Assembly: GCA_963796685.1 (NCBI GenBank)
Contig: CAWCMR010000011.1
Location: forward strand, 64,001-128,000
Direction of reading: 5' to 3'
Origin: an uncultured delta proteobacterium
Lineage (GTDB): Bacteria > Myxococcota_A > Polyangia > Fen-1088
Length of the DNA: 64,000 nucleotides
In this document: positions 34,596 to 47,059 of the stretch, one piece after another
Layout of the letters: the number at the start of each line of letters is the position of its first letter
Numbering within the stretch: the first letter of the stretch is position 1
Made by a program: the position numbers and the translations under genes
The notes under the pieces: model-generated
Seen by the model: the letters and a program-made list of their open reading frames with translations, nothing else
Databases searched by the model: none
Told to the model about the DNA's origin: nothing

Positions 34596-36126
34596 TTCTG
34601 CGGCTATCGCGGGATTGGGGGTAGAGCGAGGCGCCAGCTACGCACGTGCGCGCTCCGATCCCCTCGCCCCGCGCAAGGGCTAGGGTGAGGGGCCAGGGCA
34701 CGCTCTCGCATGGCCGAACCCCTCACCCGACGCGCTTCGCGCGTCGACCTCTCCCCGCTTCGCGGGGCGAGGTGAATCTTCCGCGGCCACGCGCCTGGGG
34801 TCCGGCCAGCTACGTACGTGCGCGCTCCGATCCCCTCGCCCCGCGCAGCGGGGAGAGGGCTAGGGTGAGGGGCCAGGGCACGCTCTCGCATGGCCGAACC
34901 CCTCACCCGACACGCTTCGCGCGTCGACCTCTCCCCGCTTCGCGGGGCGAGGTGAATCTTCCGCGGCCACGCGCCTGGGGTCCGGCCAGCTACGTACGTG
35001 CGCGCTCCGATCCCCTCGCCCCGCGCAGCGGGGAGAGGGCTAGGGTGAGGGGCCAGGGCACGCTCTCGCATGGCCGAACCCCTCACCCGACGCGCTTCGC
35101 GCGTCGACCTCTCCCCGCTTCGCGGGGCGAGGTGAATCTTCCGCGGCCACGCGCCTGGGGTCCGGCCAGCTACGTACGTGCGCGCTCCGATCCCCTCGCC
35201 CCGCGCAGCGGGGAGAGGGCTAGGGTGAGGGGCCAGGGCACGCTCTCGCATGGCCGAACCCCTCACCCGACGCGCTTCGCGCGTCGACCTCTCCCCGCTT
35301 CGCGGGGCGAGGTGAATCTTCCGCGGCCACGCGCCTGGGGTCCGGCCAGCTACGTACGTGCGCGCTCCAATCCCCTCGCCCCGCGCAGCGGGGAGAGGGC
35401 TAGGGTGAGGGGCCAGGGCACGCTCTCGCATGGCCGAACCCCTCACCCGACACGCTTCGCGCCTCGACCTCTCCCCGCTTCGCGGGGCGAGGTGAATCTT
35501 CCGCGGCCACGCGCCTGGAGTCCGGCCAGCTACGCACGTGCGCGCTCCAATCCCCTCGCCCCGCGCAAGGGCTAGGGTGAGGGGCCAGGGCACGCTCTCG
35601 CATGGCCGAACCCCTTACCCGACACGCTTCGCGCGTCGACCTCTCCCCGCTTCGCGGGGCGAGGTGAATCTTCCGCGGCCACGCGCCTGGGGTCCGGCCA
35701 GCTACGCACGTGCGCGCTCCAATCCCCTCGCCCCGCGCAGCGGGGAGAGGGCTAGGGTGAGGGGCCAGGGCACGCTCTCGCATGGCCGAACCCCTCACCC
35801 GACGCGCTTCGCGCGTCGACCTCTCCCCGCTTCGCGGGGCGAGGTGAATCTTCCGCGGCCACGCGCCTGGGGTCCGGCCAGCTACGTACGTGCGCGCTCC
35901 GATCCCCTCGCCCCGCGCAAGGGCTAGGGTGAGGGGCCAGGGCACGCTCTCGCATGGCCGAACCCCTCACCCGACGCGCTTCGCGCGTCGACCTCTCCCC
36001 GCTTCGCGGGGCGAGGTGAATCTTCCGCGGCCACGCGCCTGGGGTCCGGCCAGCTACGTACGTGCGCGCTCCGATCCCCTCGCCCCGCGCAAGGGCTAGG
36101 GTGAGCATCTGTGTTCCTAGTCAAGG

Positions 36127-37563
<1,437 letters not shown>

Positions 37564-37816
37564 TCACCCGACACGCTTCGCGCGTCGACCTCTCCCCGCT
37601 TCGCGGGGCGAGGTGAATCTTCCGCGGCCACGCGCCTGGGTCCGGCCAGCTACGCACGTGCGCGCTCCGATCCCCTCGCCCCGCGCAGCGGGGAGAGGGC
37701 TAGGGTGAGGGGCCAGGGCACGCTCTCGCATGGCCGAACCCCTCACCCGACACGCTTCGCGCGTCGACCTCTCCCCGCTTCGCGGGGCGAGGTGAGTCGG
37801 CCGAGGCGGTTCTCCT

Positions 37817-39028
37817 CTACGGTGCCTGCGCGCCGCTGTCGACGGCAGCGGCGGCGGCTTCGAGGCGGCTGAGCAGCCAGGGGGGATACGTGCCGGTGTA
37901 GCGCTTGCCTTCGACGAAGAAGGTGGGCGTGCCCTGGATGTCGAGACGGTTGCCCTCGTCCACGTCGAGGGCCACGCTGCGTGGGCCTTCCTCGCGCAGG
38001 CAGGTCTCCAGCGCCGCGGGATCGAGGCCGAGGTCGTGCGCGATCTCGGCGTTGGACCGCGAATGCAGCGTGCGCGCTTCGGCGAACAGGTAGTCGTTGG
38101 CCTGCCAGAAGCGGTCCTGTCGGCCGGCGCACTCGGCGATCATGGCGGCGAAACAGGAGTTGAGGTGCATGGGGGCCTTGATGGCCGAGTTGCAGCTCTG
38201 GTCGAGGGGGTAGTGGCGATGGACCAGGCGAAGCTGCTTGGGGAAGCGTTCGAGCAGGGCCCGCAGCTGAATGTGGGCCTGGCGGCAGTAGGGACATTCG
38301 TAGTCGCTGAATTCGATCAGGGTGACGGCGGGCTTTTCCGCGCCGATGAAGTGCCCGCCGCCGGGTTCGATGCCGTGGGGCAGGTTGGGGGCGACGGGGC
38401 GTGGCCGGCTGGCGTCCTTGGGGGCCTTCCAATAGGACGGGTACGCGACCAGGACGGTCGCCGTGAGGGCGCCGAGGATGGCCAGGGCAAGGAGGGCGCG
38501 CCCGGTTCGCTCGCGCAGCATGCGCAGGGGGGCGGCGAAGGCGGCGCGCAGGCCCACGGGGCGCCCGGCGATCAGGACGCAAACCAGGAACAGCACGTTC
38601 GCCGCGTAGGTCCCAAGGCACAGGATGCAGACCGCGCTGACCAGAAAGGCCGAGATGGCCCCCAGGACGGCGCTCGATGCAGTGAAGAGGATGGCGAGGT
38701 AAAGGGCGCAGCCGACAGCCAACAGCGAGCGTCGCCGGAGCGCGCCCCACAGCGCGACCACCGTGGCCAGGGCGTAGCCGAAGATGCCCCACGCGGCCAG
38801 GGGAACGCCGAAGAGCATGGCATAGCGGCTGCGCGCGACGATGTCGCAGTTCACCTTGCGGTCGATGGCACAGAAACTGTGGAAGGTGGGATTGGTCTGG
38901 AGCTTGAAGTGGATCTGCTCCAGCAGGATGGACAGGACCAACCCGGCAAGGCAGAAAAGCAGCGCCAGCCACCACGGCCAGCGGGCGGTGGCGGGGGCGG
39001 CATCGTCGGGGATCGGCCCTCGTTTCAT
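37817..39028 (-). CDS. VKOR-DsbA/thioredoxin fusion
   Basis: VKOR C..C loop and CILC; FSDYECPYC and GTPTF. Confidence 0.88.
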   Translation of the reverse strand: MKRGPIPDDAAPATARWPWWLALLFCLAGLVLSILLEQIHFKLQTNPTFHSFCAIDRKVNCDIVARSRYAMLFGVPLAAWGIFGYALATVVALWGALRRRSLLAVGCALYLAILFTASSAVLGAISAFLVSAVCILCLGTYAANVLFLVCVLIAGRPVGLRAAFAAPLRMLRERTGRALLALAILGALTATVLVAYPSYWKAPKDASRPRPVAPNLPHGIEPGGGHFIGAEKPAVTLIEFSDYECPYCRQAHIQLRALLERFPKQLRLVHRHYPLDQSCNSAIKAPMHLNSCFAAMIAECAGRQDRFWQANDYLFAEARTLHSRSNAEIAHDLGLDPAALETCLREEGPRSVALDVDEGNRLDIQGTPTFFVEGKRYTGTYPPWLLSRLEAAAAAVDSGAQAP

Positions 39029-39080
39029 CGAGGCACTACCCCTATCACAACATGGCAGTCAGGCCCAGAGCGCGTACCGG

Positions 39081-40076
39081 TCAGATGCACACGCGGTTTC
39101 GTCCCGAACGTTTGGCGGCATACAGCATTTCGTCGGTGCGTTTCATCAGCTCGGCGGCGGTCTCATTGGGTCTCGCCAACGCGCCCCCGACCGAGACGGT
39201 GACTCGGATGGGAGCGTCCTCGCTTTCCCGCAGTCCGCTCGCCTCGACCATGGCGCGGAACTTTTCGGCCACCAGGCGCAATTCGTCCTCGTGCACGTTG
39301 GTGATGATAGCGGTGAATTCTTCGCCGCCCCAGCGGGCGATGGTGTCCAGCCCGCGGCAGTTCGACGACAGGGTGCGGGCCACCATGCGCAGCACCTCGT
39401 CGCCGAGCTGGTGTCCGGCGCTGTCGTTGACCAGCTTGAAGCGGTCGATGTCGATCATCAGGGTGCCGAAGGACCAGCCAAAGCGGCCGAGCTCGGCCAG
39501 CCGCCGGTCGAGCTGCATGTCGAAATGGCGACGGTTGGGCAGCAGGGTCAGATCGTCGATCATGGCCAGGTGCGAGAGCTCCTCGATGAGTTGATCCTGG
39601 CGCCGGTCGTCGACGGTGCTGCGGAAGATCTCGACCGCGCCCACCAGTCGGTTTTGCCGATCGCGGAGCGGGATAGTCCTGATTCTGACGGGAATGCGGT
39701 GGCCCTGCTTGTGCTGCAGAAAGGCGTCGGCGTCGATGGGCACGCCGGTGTCCACCGCGCGCTGAAGCGGGCAGCCGGTCGTGCACAGCAGGCGTCCGCT
39801 GCCATCAATGTGGCACAGCCACCGGTTGCCGCAATGGTCGCCGACGACCTCGCTGCGCGCGAAGCCGGTGATCCGCTCGGCGCTGCGGTTCCACAGCAAG
39901 ATGCGCTTTTCACGGTCCACGAAGTAGATGCCGTCGTCGACCTGGTCGAGAATGCTGTGGTACAGGGACACGTCGAGCGTGAACCCCAACCCGGGTTGGA
40001 TGAAGGGAAGCGGCGTCGCGAGCAGCGGTCCCTCGATGACGATGGGGCTGGGGGTGGATATTTCGCTTGACGTCAT
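39081..40076 (-). CDS. PAS-domain diguanylate cyclase
   Basis: WNRSAERITG PAS; DIDRFK, RWGGEEF. Confidence 0.9.
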   Translation of the reverse strand: MTSSEISTPSPIVIEGPLLATPLPFIQPGLGFTLDVSLYHSILDQVDDGIYFVDREKRILLWNRSAERITGFARSEVVGDHCGNRWLCHIDGSGRLLCTTGCPLQRAVDTGVPIDADAFLQHKQGHRIPVRIRTIPLRDRQNRLVGAVEIFRSTVDDRRQDQLIEELSHLAMIDDLTLLPNRRHFDMQLDRRLAELGRFGWSFGTLMIDIDRFKLVNDSAGHQLGDEVLRMVARTLSSNCRGLDTIARWGGEEFTAIITNVHEDELRLVAEKFRAMVEASGLRESEDAPIRVTVSVGGALARPNETAAELMKRTDEMLYAAKRSGRNRVCI

Positions 40077-40109
40077 AAGCAGTGCAACTCCTTTAAGGGA
40101 GCTTGAAGT

Positions 40110-40667
40110 CTATTGCTCTCGGCAGAACTCGGCGAGGGCATAAGTCGAAACCAGCGCGTGCACCGCTCCACTTGAAAGAAGAGTGCTTTGGTAGAGTTTA
40201 AAGGACGTGACCGGCCAACGCGCTCCGTTGTAGGCCTCGTGACGTGTAAGGAATTGTGTCAGGGTCTCGTCCGGTCTCTCGGTGAAGCGGGCCAAGGTGA
40301 GATGGGGAGAAAATCCCGCGCCTTCGCCGTGGGGGTCGCCTTCCAGGCAGCCGTCGATCGCGCGCTTGAGATGGACCAGCGGCTCCGGTGGATCGAGCCC
40401 GAGCCACAGCACGCGCGCCCGCTTGCTCGCGCCGCCGGGAAACACGCCCGCGCCTCGCAACGCCAGCTCGAAAGCAGGGGCGCGTACGCGGGAGAGCCGT
40501 TCGCGGATGTCGGCCAGGGCGTCGTCCGGGGTTTGCCCCATGAAGCGCAAGGTGATGTGCAGTTGGTGTGGCTTGACCCAGCGGGCTTTGCTCACCTGTG
40601 CGCACAGGGCGGCGACTTCGTGCCGAATGGGCTCCGGCAGATCGACCGCGACGAACAGGCGTAGCAT
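40110..40667 (-). CDS. thpR: RNA 2',3'-cyclic phosphodiesterase
   Basis: RLFVAV, HITL and HLTL 2H motifs. Confidence 0.88.
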   Translation of the reverse strand: MLRLFVAVDLPEPIRHEVAALCAQVSKARWVKPHQLHITLRFMGQTPDDALADIRERLSRVRAPAFELALRGAGVFPGGASKRARVLWLGLDPPEPLVHLKRAIDGCLEGDPHGEGAGFSPHLTLARFTERPDETLTQFLTRHEAYNGARWPVTSFKLYQSTLLSSGAVHALVSTYALAEFCREQ

Positions 40668-40670
40668 GGC

Positions 40671-41808
40671 TCAGGCGCTTTCCAGGCGATCGGCGATGGC
40701 TCGCAGCGAGTCGATGTTGGAGACGTCGTGGGGCATGAGCGGAACCGTGGTGATCTCCACGCCGGGCGACTCGCTCGACAGGCGTTCGAGCTTCGCGCTT
40801 CTGCGCGTGGGCGATCTTGGTCAGGTACTGCGCCAGCTCCGTCAGCTTGAGCGCGGCGCCGTCCACCTCCTGCGCCGACGCGTCGGCCATGGCGGGCAGG
40901 GCCGCGACCTGCTCGCGCAGAAGGGTCGTCGTGACCGGGTCGGGCTCTTGCAGGGTGCGATTGGCGATGTAGCAGCACAGCGGCGAACCGGTTTCGCGCA
41001 AGCGGCGCGCGAAATAGAGGGCCTCGTTCACCGACGCGGTTTCAGGCGTCATCACCAGGATGAAGCCGACCTCGGGCCGTTTGAGCACGGCCTCGATCTC
41101 GCGCGCCCGGCTGAGAAAGCCGCCCAGTACCTCGCGGATATCGAGGAGGAACGCGCCGAGATCGTCGAGGAACTTGCTGCCCATGAGCTTGCCCGCGCGG
41201 CGGAGGATCATGGCGCCGCCCACGCCCAGGCGTTTGAGCGAAAAGCGGCTCATGCGTGGATCGGGGCGGGCGAACCACTGCAGGGCCGGGCTGGCGATGG
41301 CATCGGCCAGGCGTTCGGGGGTTTCCAGGAACTCGAGCGCGTTGGCCGTGGGGGGCGTATCGAGCACGATGAGGTCGTACTCGCCGTCGCGGCGAAGCTC
41401 GTAGAGCGCCAGGGTGGCAGCGTACTCCTGCGATCCGGTCAGGTTGGTGGTGACATGCCGATAGAGCGAGTTGGAAAAGATATGATTGCGCAACTCGGGA
41501 TCGGCCACCTGCTCCTCGACCAGGTGGGCGAACGCGGTGGTGGCATCGACACGCATGGCGTGCAGCATGTTGGGCGAGGAGATCCCCAGCGCAGCCGCGG
41601 TGTCGGCCCCGATGGCGGTCGGCGTGGGGCCGAGATTGGCCACGCCCAAGGCATCGGCCAACCGGGGAGCGGGATCGATGGTACACACCAGCGTGCGCAG
41701 GCCCGCCCGGGCCCCAATCACCCCGAGCGCGGCGGCGGTCGTGGTCTTGCCCACGCCGCCCGGTCCCACACACACCAGCGTCTTCTTGGTGGCGAGCCGC
41801 TTCTTCAT
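40671..41808 (-). CDS. ArsA/Get3-like ATPase (frameshift near 40795)
   Basis: GPGGVGKTT, TIDPAPRLADALG, LDTPPT; C-terminus ...LRAIADRLESA* in the shifted frame. Confidence 0.8.
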
Positions 41809-42626
41809 CGGCTCACACGGACGACGAGCGCGGTGACGTTGTCGGGGGCTCCCGTGGCATTGGCCGCGTCGACCAGGGCGTAGCAGGCCGATTCCACATC
41901 GGGTTGCGACAGCATGATCTCGGTGATGCGGTCGTCGGGCACGCAGTCCCAAAGGCCGTCCGAGCAGAGGAGATAGAGATCGCCGTCGCTGTAAGCGTTC
42001 ATGTAGACCGTGGGCTCGAGGTCGGGCTTGCTGCCGAGGGCGCGCGTGATGACGTTGCGGTTCACCAGGGCGGCGATCTCTTGCGGCGAGATGGCGGGCT
42101 GGGCGTTCTTCATCTCCTCGATGATCGAGTGATCGCGGGTCAGGCGCGAGGCCACGCCGTTGCGGACGCGGTAGATGCGCACGTCGCCAGCGTGGGCGGC
42201 CACCAGATGCTCCTCGTCGAAGGTGAGGGCCGCGATGGTGGCCCCCATGCGGTACCACGCCGGATCCTTGCGCGACTCTTCGCGGATCTTTTGGTTGGCC
42301 ACCTTCATTCCGACGCGCAAGAGGTTGACGGCGCGGGAGAAGCGCGGATCCATCGGGAAGGGCCAGGATTCCGGCGCCGAGGTTCGATTCTCGCGGCAGA
42401 ACGCCTCCAGGGCGTCCACCGCGATGCGCGCGGCCACCTCGCCCGCCGCGCGACCGCCCATGCCGTCCGCGACCACGAACAGCCGCTCGTCGAGGTAGAT
42501 GCCGAAGACGTCTTCGTTCGCCTCGCGCACCTGGCCGGCGTGGCTGGCCGCGCCCGCTTCCAGGCGCAGCGTCACCGGCAGGAACTGATGGGAGCCGTCG
42601 GGTCTGGTTTTGGTCGAGGGAGGCAT
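41805..42626 (-). CDS. PP2C-family Ser/Thr phosphatase
   Basis: NED, VADGMGG, AGD, CSDGL, DNVT. Confidence 0.92.
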   Translation of the reverse strand: MPPSTKTRPDGSHQFLPVTLRLEAGAASHAGQVREANEDVFGIYLDERLFVVADGMGGRAAGEVAARIAVDALEAFCRENRTSAPESWPFPMDPRFSRAVNLLRVGMKVANQKIREESRKDPAWYRMGATIAALTFDEEHLVAAHAGDVRIYRVRNGVASRLTRDHSIIEEMKNAQPAISPQEIAALVNRNVITRALGSKPDLEPTVYMNAYSDGDLYLLCSDGLWDCVPDDRITEIMLSQPDVESACYALVDAANATGAPDNVTALVVRVSR

Positions 42627-44096
42627 TCAGGATTTTGTCAGGGCTTCGCGCCAGCAGCCGAGGATCCGATCGCGCTCGGTCTGGTCAAGGCGGGGGTGAA
42701 AGGTCGACACACCCAAGTCTGGCTGCTTACCGGGGTCGCTGTAAAGGCCCAAGCCAAGGGCGGCCAGGCGGCCGGCCCCGAGGGCGGTCGATTCGACCAT
42801 GGCCGGCCGGACGATGTCGGCGCCGAGAAAATCCGCTTGCATTTGCATGAGCAAGTCATTGACGCTGGCGCCACCGTCGACGCGCAAGGAGGTGATGGGG
42901 TGCCCGGCGTCGCGCTGCATGGCCAACGCCAGATCGACGTTCTGCAAGGCCATGGCCTCCAGCGCGGCCCTGGCGAGGTGGGCCGCGGTGGTGCCGCGCG
43001 AGATCCCGCAGATGACTCCGCGCGCCTCCGGGCGCCAGTGGGGCGCGCCCAGCCCGGCCAGCGCCGGCACGATGGTCACCCCTCCCGTGTCGGACACCGA
43101 GGCCGCCAGGGTCTCGATCTCGGAGGCGCTCTTGATGATGCCCAGCCCGTCCCGCAGCCACTGGACCAGGGCGCCCGACACGAAGGCGCTGCCTTCGAGC
43201 GCGTAGCTCGTGCCGCGCGGGGTTTGCCACGCCACCGTGCCCAGCAGATGGTGCTGCGACAGCACCGGCTTCTCGCCCACGTTCATGAGCAGGAACGATC
43301 CGGTGCCGAAGGTGCACTTGGCCTGCCCGCGCGCAAAACAGCCCTGGCCGAAGAGCGCGGCCTGTTGGTCGCCGGCGATGCCCGCGATGGGCGTGCCGTC
43401 TGGCAAGCCATGCATGCCAAGGGTGACCGCCAGGTTGCCCGAGGATGGGCAGACGCGCGGGAGGAGGGTGGCCGGCACCTCGAAGAGACGGCAAAGCTCG
43501 GCGCTCCACTCGAGGCGGGCGAGGTCGAGCAGCAGGGTGCGCGAAGCGTTGGTGACGTCCGTGATGTGGCTCTTGCCGCCGGAGAGCCGCCACACGAGGA
43601 AGCTGTCGACGGTGCCGAAGGCGATCTCGCCCGCCTCGGCGCGCCGGCGGAGAGCGGGAAGGTTCTCCAGCATCCAGGCGATCTTGGTGCCCGAGAAATA
43701 CGGATCGATGAGCAGCCCCGTGGTGCGCTGGATGAGGGGCTCGTGCCCGGCCGCGCGCATGGCCTCGCAGCGTTCGGCCGTGCGGCGATCCTGCCACACG
43801 ATGGCGGGGGCCACCGCGCGCCCGGTGGACCGCTCCCACATCACCACGGTCTCGCGCTGGTTGGTCACGCCGATGCCGGCGATGGATCCCGCGGGGGCCT
43901 GCGCGCGCGCCTGGGCAAAGGCCGACACGACCGAGCGCCAGATGGCCTCGGCGTCGTGCTCGACCTGGCCGGGCGCGGGATAGCTCTGCGGGATCTCGCC
44001 GTAGCCCTTGCCGCGAATGCGCATGGCCTCGTCGAGCAAGAGTACGGTCGTGCCCGTGGTTCCCTGGTCGATGGCGAGAATGAGTCGTTCGCTCAT
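42627..44096 (-). CDS. glpK: Glycerol kinase
   Basis: DQGTT, TNQRET, WQDRRT, GDQQAALFGQ, ALEG. Confidence 0.93.
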   Translation of the reverse strand: MSERLILAIDQGTTGTTVLLLDEAMRIRGKGYGEIPQSYPAPGQVEHDAEAIWRSVVSAFAQARAQAPAGSIAGIGVTNQRETVVMWERSTGRAVAPAIVWQDRRTAERCEAMRAAGHEPLIQRTTGLLIDPYFSGTKIAWMLENLPALRRRAEAGEIAFGTVDSFLVWRLSGGKSHITDVTNASRTLLLDLARLEWSAELCRLFEVPATLLPRVCPSSGNLAVTLGMHGLPDGTPIAGIAGDQQAALFGQGCFARGQAKCTFGTGSFLLMNVGEKPVLSQHHLLGTVAWQTPRGTSYALEGSAFVSGALVQWLRDGLGIIKSASEIETLAASVSDTGGVTIVPALAGLGAPHWRPEARGVICGISRGTTAAHLARAALEAMALQNVDLALAMQRDAGHPITSLRVDGGASVNDLLMQMQADFLGADIVRPAMVESTALGAGRLAALGLGLYSDPGKQPDLGVSTFHPRLDQTERDRILGCWREALTKS

Positions 44097-44929
44097 GAGC
44101 CGTCCTTTTCAGCGCTCGCGTGCGCCGCGGGTCTCGCGTGCAAGGTCAAGAAGCGCACCACCGCTTCGCACAGCTGCGCGTGCTCGACATCGACCGCGAC
44201 CAGGTGCCCCGATCGGGGCAGCCACAGCCGTTCCACGACCTCGGACGCAAGGCTGCCCGCCAGCTCGAAGGACGCTTGCTGGGGAACGGTGCGATCGCGC
44301 TCGCCGTGTACGACCAGCGCCGGGGGGTGGATGAAGGTGAGGTCGCGGCGCACCACCTCGGCAAGCTCGATCACCTCGACGATTCCCGCCAGGGGCATTT
44401 CGGTGAGCGTGGGGTTTTCCATGCGGACTTTCTCGTCGGTGACGTCGCTGCCTCCATGCTTGCGAAGCGTGGCCAGGGGGCCGCGGCGAAGGAAGCCGGG
44501 CAGATGCGTCCAGGCGCGGGCCAGCGCAATGTGAACGTCGCGTAGCCGCAGCGGCGCGGACATGACCACCAGCGCCGAGACGTCGTGCGGGTGCAGGCGC
44601 GCCAGCCGCAGGGCCAAAAGCCCGCCCATGGAAAATCCCACCAGCGCCACCGGCCTTGGTCCGAAGCTCTCTCTCAGGCGGTCGAACGCAGCCTCCGCCG
44701 AGGCGAGCCAGTCTTGCCATTGCGTCGTCGCCAGGACGGCGGCACTTTCGCCGTGGCCGGCGAGCATCGGGGCGGACACCGCGAAGCCCGCGCCGGCCAG
44801 GCCGTGCGCCAGTGGCGCGACTTCGTAGGGGGTGCCGGTGAAGCCGTGCAGGCACAGCACCGCCGGCCCGTTGCCGGGGAGAAAGATTGGCGATTTGTCG
44901 CCGCTGCCGGGTACGCGCACCGGGGTCAC
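44093..44929 (-). CDS. Alpha/beta-fold carboxylesterase
   Basis: HGFTG, GFSMGG, D and H of catalytic triad. Confidence 0.88.
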   Translation of the reverse strand: MTPVRVPGSGDKSPIFLPGNGPAVLCLHGFTGTPYEVAPLAHGLAGAGFAVSAPMLAGHGESAAVLATTQWQDWLASAEAAFDRLRESFGPRPVALVGFSMGGLLALRLARLHPHDVSALVVMSAPLRLRDVHIALARAWTHLPGFLRRGPLATLRKHGGSDVTDEKVRMENPTLTEMPLAGIVEVIELAEVVRRDLTFIHPPALVVHGERDRTVPQQASFELAGSLASEVVERLWLPRSGHLVAVDVEHAQLCEAVVRFLTLHARPAAHASAEKDGS

Positions 44930-44989
44930 GAGACGCCAATCATAGTGGGGGACGCGCGGCGGGGAAAGCTCCGCCCCCCTGAAAACAAT

Positions 44990-45215
44990 TCGCCCCGCGT
45001 CGCCCCGCGCAGCGAGGCGGGCGAGGGGCGCGCGAAAGAGCGAGCGCGTCGGCCCCTCACCTGCCGCGCTTCGCGCGGCGTCCTCTCCCCGCGTGACCGC
45101 GGGGCGAGGAGATATGGCCGCTGCGCGGCCGCCAGGAAGCCAATCCGGGTTTCAGTCGCAGGCTTCTCAATACCTTGCACTCGGCACCCCTGAAACCACC
45201 TCGCCCCGCGCAGCG
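44990..45215. repeat. Diverged REP doublet cluster of the same family as the array
   Basis: tcgccccgcgcagcg..., cccctcacc...cgcgcttcgcgcg...cctctccccgc...gcggggcgagg. Confidence 0.65.
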
Positions 45216-45260
45216 GGGGGACTGCGAGCGAGAGCGAGCCAGTCCCCCGTAAGATACAAG
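45216..45260 (-). mobile_element. Orphan IS110 left-end fragment (45 bp)
   Basis: gggggactgcgagcgagagcgagccagtcccccgtaagatacaAG identical to 37314-37358. Confidence 0.9.
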
Positions 45261-45319
45261 GAGCAGTCACGGTTTCGCACTCGGCACCCGCCCGCTCCGA
45301 TCATGGTGAATAGTGCGGG

Positions 45320-46096
45320 CTACGTGTCGGCGGTGAAGGCCGGTTCGGCGACGACCTGGCGCATCAGCGTGTCGACCTGGCCGAGCTGGCTTTCGCTGCC
45401 CTGCACGGCCAGCCAGATGCAGCCTTCGGCGCCGCCGACCCCGCCCGCCCCGGACAACACGGCGTGGGTGCCGGTGGCGAGATGGAGGGCGTCGATCTCG
45501 GTGAACACCAGGCCCGGCAAGGGGCATAGCCTTGGCCCCTTGGCGTCGCCCGAGGCCAAGCGGTTGGCGAGGTCCAGCAAGCTCCCGTGAACGCGCTTCT
45601 CCAGGCCGACGGGTATGATCAGCTTGGTTCGACGTCCCATGACGGCCGGGAGCACGGCAGCCATTGGACCACCGTCGGGATGATCGATGAAGTTGGCCGC
45701 CTGACCGGCAATCACGTCGATGGCGTTGGCGCCCTTCACGATGACGTCGTTCTCGCCCAGCTCGCCCGCCACGCCGAAGATGGTCTCGGTCCGTTTCCAC
45801 ACGCCCTTGTCGATGACGACATCGCCGGGAAAGCCGCTGCTGTCGGGCAGTCGGCCGTGCGCGGCCGTGATCCACGCCGGAGACACGGTGACGCCGCGAA
45901 AGAAATGCTGGCGGGAAAAGCCCACTGCCTGGCCAAGGTGCGACAGGATCTCCTCGGCGACGTAGCCGTTGGTCGTGCCGGCCACGATGACCAGCCGGCC
46001 GCGGTGCAGAACCTGGGTTACGAGTGGGTGCGAAACCAGCGCCTTGGCGATGAGGCGCTTTCCCGCGGCGGGGGTCAGTGGATATTGTCTAATCAT
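45320..46096 (-). CDS. Conserved hypothetical protein
   Basis: LTPAAGKRLIAKA, GTTNGYVAEE, KGANA, PVGLEK; start moved to MIRQYPL. Confidence 0.7.
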   Translation of the reverse strand: MIRQYPLTPAAGKRLIAKALVSHPLVTQVLHRGRLVIVAGTTNGYVAEEILSHLGQAVGFSRQHFFRGVTVSPAWITAAHGRLPDSSGFPGDVVIDKGVWKRTETIFGVAGELGENDVIVKGANAIDVIAGQAANFIDHPDGGPMAAVLPAVMGRRTKLIIPVGLEKRVHGSLLDLANRLASGDAKGPRLCPLPGLVFTEIDALHLATGTHAVLSGAGGVGGAEGCIWLAVQGSESQLGQVDTLMRQVVAEPAFTADT

Positions 46097-46203
46097 GGCT
46101 CGAGGCAGCCCCTTCCGCGCCAAGCATGGCACGATCGCCGGTTTTGCGATGCGGGAATTTGGCGTGCCGCCGGCGAGCCTCGCTCGGAGCGGGCGCACGC
46201 GCT

Positions 46204-47046
46204 ATGCTGGCCAGCTTGAAGTCACCTCGCAGCCTGGCCGTGACCTTGTTCGCCATCGCCCAGGGTGCGGTTTCGCCCGTATTGGCCGACGACCTCTCGC
46301 TCTCGCCCGGCCAGGCTCTTGCGGCGCGCGCCGGTGCCATGTCCGAGCCCGAGCGTGTCCGCTCGCTTTCGGCGTTGCCGCTCGGCGAGCGCGGGGCATT
46401 CTTCCGCTCGCTGGGGGTGGCCGACATCGTGGCCTTCGGACGCCAGTCGCTGGAGGGACTTGGCGTCTACCACGCGCGCGTGACCCGCGAGGAGCGCGTC
46501 CACGGCCACCTGTGCGGCCCCGATGTGGTCGAGGTGACCGTGCGCGAGAAGCCGCATGCGGTGCTGCTGGAGTTCGTCGCTGGCGCGCACAAAGGACGAC
46601 GTGCGCTCTACAACGTCGAGCTGCGACCGTACCAGATGCTGGCGCGCGAGTCGGGCATCCTCGGCCTGTTCGCCATGTGGCTTTCGATCGACAGCAGCAT
46701 CGTCCGTCGCTACACCAACCACACCATCGCCGAGGTTGGGTTCGGGGCCATGCTCGACGTCATGCAGGCCGATCAAGCCAAGGCGGCCACCGTGGGAGGC
46801 TACCATCGCAGCGACGAGGGCATCGACGGGCGGGGATTCTACTGCATGTTCTTCTCGGCGCCGAAGGGCGCCAACGACCTCTACGCCACACGGCTCCGCT
46901 ACTGCGTGGACAGCACGCTGGAGTTGCCTATGAAGATCGAGGTCTTCGACGACAAGGGGCGGCGCGAGTACGTCGAGTACCAGGATCTGCAGAGGCGACT
47001 GACCGTGAAGAAGGATTTCTTCACCCCGCGCGGAGCGGGTCTCTAG
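46204..47046 (+). CDS. DUF1571-like exported protein
   Basis: Signal peptide; REKPHAV, HTIAEVGFG, LPMKIEVFD, DFFTP. Confidence 0.6.
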   Translation: MLASLKSPRSLAVTLFAIAQGAVSPVLADDLSLSPGQALAARAGAMSEPERVRSLSALPLGERGAFFRSLGVADIVAFGRQSLEGLGVYHARVTREERVHGHLCGPDVVEVTVREKPHAVLLEFVAGAHKGRRALYNVELRPYQMLARESGILGLFAMWLSIDSSIVRRYTNHTIAEVGFGAMLDVMQADQAKAATVGGYHRSDEGIDGRGFYCMFFSAPKGANDLYATRLRYCVDSTLELPMKIEVFDDKGRREYVEYQDLQRRLTVKKDFFTPRGAGL

Positions 47047-47059
47047 CCTCCTCTAGCCC

